A stretch of 64,000 nt of DNA from Botryllus schlosseri (Eukaryota), in NCBI GenBank assembly GCA_051294905.1, contig CM119372.1, forward strand, positions 39,310,001-39,374,000, given 5' to 3'. The position numbers and the translations under genes are program-made. Below are positions 61,713 to 64,000 of this stretch, piece by piece. A model generated the notes under the pieces. That model made no database searches. It was not told the origin of the DNA and worked only from the letters and a program-made list of their open reading frames with translations. The first letter of the stretch is position 1; every line of letters begins with the position of its first letter.

Positions 61713-62313
61713 CTGATGAAAACAAACAATAAATAGTAACCCAACGACACGAATAAAATATGGAGAATACGATTATAAAGACAAGCCGAACTAATCAAAT
61801 ATGACGTCTCAATATCGAGGTCGAGTATTGCAGCATAGTATGGAGCACCACTAATTATGACACGATAACGAGATGTGCTGCCTGGAAACTCCAAATACTG
61901 TTTGTCACTGTATATAAAATATTTTTGCAGACATGCCACATCGAGAATATTCCTGTGTTTCTTGATCATATCCATTTCATAGTTCTTTGTAACAATGCTG
62001 TGGGTCGAACACTATTTCACTGAAATATAGTTTTGGTGAACATGCGTATCTTTTTCTAGAAATTTTAGATGTTGCGGTATCACCGGTTGAGGATTCAGGG
62101 TGGATTGTACAGTTGTCGAATAATCCGCAATCGCAGATTAAACGTCAGTAATCGGCTGGCTTCGGTTGAACAGATGTCAATTGACCACTAATCGGATAAT
62201 TTTAATCGGCCAAATTTGAACCGCCGAGCGAGGTGCCTAAAAAAGTTAATCGGCCCTCCGATGCCCGACAAGTCTCGCAGATCAGTCCGAACATATCAAA
62301 AACATGGTATGGT

Positions 62314-63075
62314 GCAGAGTTGGATCAATTACAATAATTCATTTCAATTACAATTACAATTACTTCCTTGCATGTTTCAGTTGCATTACAATTACAATTA
62401 CAATTACTGTTAAACATGTTATAATTACAATTACAATTACAATTACAAATTTTGTTAATCATGTAATGGATTCGGTAGAGAGGTGTTCTTCGACAACCGT
62501 AGCGACGTAATTAGCAAAAATCTCAAGCTATTCATGTTTCATTCATGATACGTAGAATACCTTTTAATTAAAAAAAAACTCGATCGTATTCGAACTATTC
62601 ATAATCATGAGTACTAAACACTACAAACACACAAAAATGTTTCAAGCGACTGTTAACAACCAAAAGTTTGAGCGACTAACAGCGAATAGGCTACAGGATA
62701 GTCAATGAAATGTAATCAAATTAGGCTACTCAGAGCTGAGTGAGGATAATGAAATGTAATTGGTAAGGCATCAACGATAAGGATGATACCGATAAGATGT
62801 GTAAAATTAAAATAAATGCAAAAGGAAAAAAACTCCTGATAACTACGAATTACAACATTTTAGTTCGCATTTACATTTTCAGTTGCTCGGGAACTGTTAG
62901 ATTGCATTTGATGAACATTTAGGGTGCGAAAATTTCTGGCCCCAGTAAATTTGGCCAAGATTGCAGGTAAGATGGGGATAACATATCATTAAATGCGTGA
63001 TCAAGTTTGATGAAGCCTTGGTTGGAAACTTGATTTTCTTTTTGCAATTGTTGCAGCAAGCCTCGGTACTGGTTT
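62314..63075. mobile_element. hAT element end with (ATTACA)n subterminal repeats and a BED-finger remnant
   Basis: CAGAGTTGG start; ATTACA arrays at 62325-62450; minus strand near 62975-63065 reads ACCNNCKKKIKFPTKASSNLITHLMICYP. Confidence 0.55.
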
Positions 63076-63268
63076 AAAAGATTTAAAAATAAAACCCTGA
63101 CCGTGGTGTAGGAAATGGTTCCACACAGGTTTCAGAAGAGTTTATTTGTTGTTCATTCATTTTTGAAATATTAAGAGTTAGCTTAGCCCACTGATTCTCT
63201 AACTTTTCTAGACACGCCCCCTTTATGACGGTGCAATATATCGTGTCCCACTTATCGTTATATCACAC

Positions 63269-63884
63269 CATAGTGTCCTATATGGTGTCGACACAGGCAA
63301 ATCTCACGCCTCAGTGAAATTGTATCACGTCACAATTTCCATTTGGCTACAGGCAATTTGACGGTCATTTTTGACCGGCTTGGCGAGCATTTAATTTGGT
63401 AAAACAGGTATCAATCGAAAGCTGACTCTGCACTGATTACGAAAATACAAATTTTATTATTATATTATTATTTTATTATGTTATTTTATTGTGGAACTCC
63501 CACAATCAGCCTCGATTTTTTAATTGTTATGAAGATTGGCATCGGGACGCAACAATGCTGTCTGGCGAAACGAGAAAGTAGCTCAAGAGAAAAAGAGCCA
63601 GACAGCATTGTTCACCATTGTTGCGTCCCAATGCCAATCACCATAACAATGAAAAATTCAAGGCTGATTGTGGGAGTTCCAGGGCCACCAGTGGAATAAA
63701 ATTTATATTCTCGTAATCAGTGCAGAGTCAGGTTTCGATTGATACCCGTTTTACCAAATTTAATGCTCGGCAAGCTGGTCAAAAATTACCGTCAAATTGC
63801 CTGTAGCCAAATACAAATTTTGACGTGATACAATTTCACTGAGGCGTGAGATTTGCCTGTGTCGACACCATATAGGGCACTATG
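63269..63884. mobile_element. foldback MITE, possibly P-element superfamily
   Basis: Termini CATAGTGTCCTATATGG / CCATATAGGGCACTATG; 7-bp TSD ATCACAC; outer arms ~175 bp plus inner arms ~65 bp. Confidence 0.75.
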
Positions 63885-64000
63885 ATCACACAATGAATCC
63901 AGAATGTTAGCAATCCTTACGGATAGTTTGATGGTATGGAAGGTTATGACTGTTGATGAGAGAATTCTCCAATATGAAATTCGAACTATACACATAGCAT

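Noticed and set aside
62304..62510. ORFs with ITITIT / NYNYNY repeats
   Set aside because: Translations of (ATTACA)n subterminal repeats.
288..63995. Remaining 60-150-aa ORFs in the track
   Set aside because: They lie antisense to TE ORFs or within MITEs, often use non-ATG starts, and show no recognisable motifs.

Overview
This is eukaryotic, AT-rich DNA that looks like an invertebrate animal; the species cannot be determined from the sequence. It is almost entirely transposable elements. The centre is a 25.3-kb nest inside one short hAT MITE (7122-32443, 8-bp TSD). The nest holds an inverted Penelope-like element and a young Ty3/Gypsy LTR element (9118-32213) with 240-bp LTRs, gag, a -1 frameshift signal and pol. 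The Gypsy is split by a CR1/L2-group LINE and by a CACTA/EnSpm-like element; a second CACTA-like element splits the LINE. Both CACTA-like elements carry further MITEs, and one also carries a SINE. Two Penelope-like elements share a minimal hammerhead ribozyme and a conserved 33-34-nt junction tail. A ~1.75-kb segment between two inverted hAT MITEs appears inverted. Host-gene content is sparse: two 3' exons of a cytochrome P450 (minus), a disabled class A GPCR, and a possible signal-peptide first exon. No CRISPR, rRNA or real tRNA gene is supported. I found no evidence of a wholly new system. All alignments and counts were done by eye.
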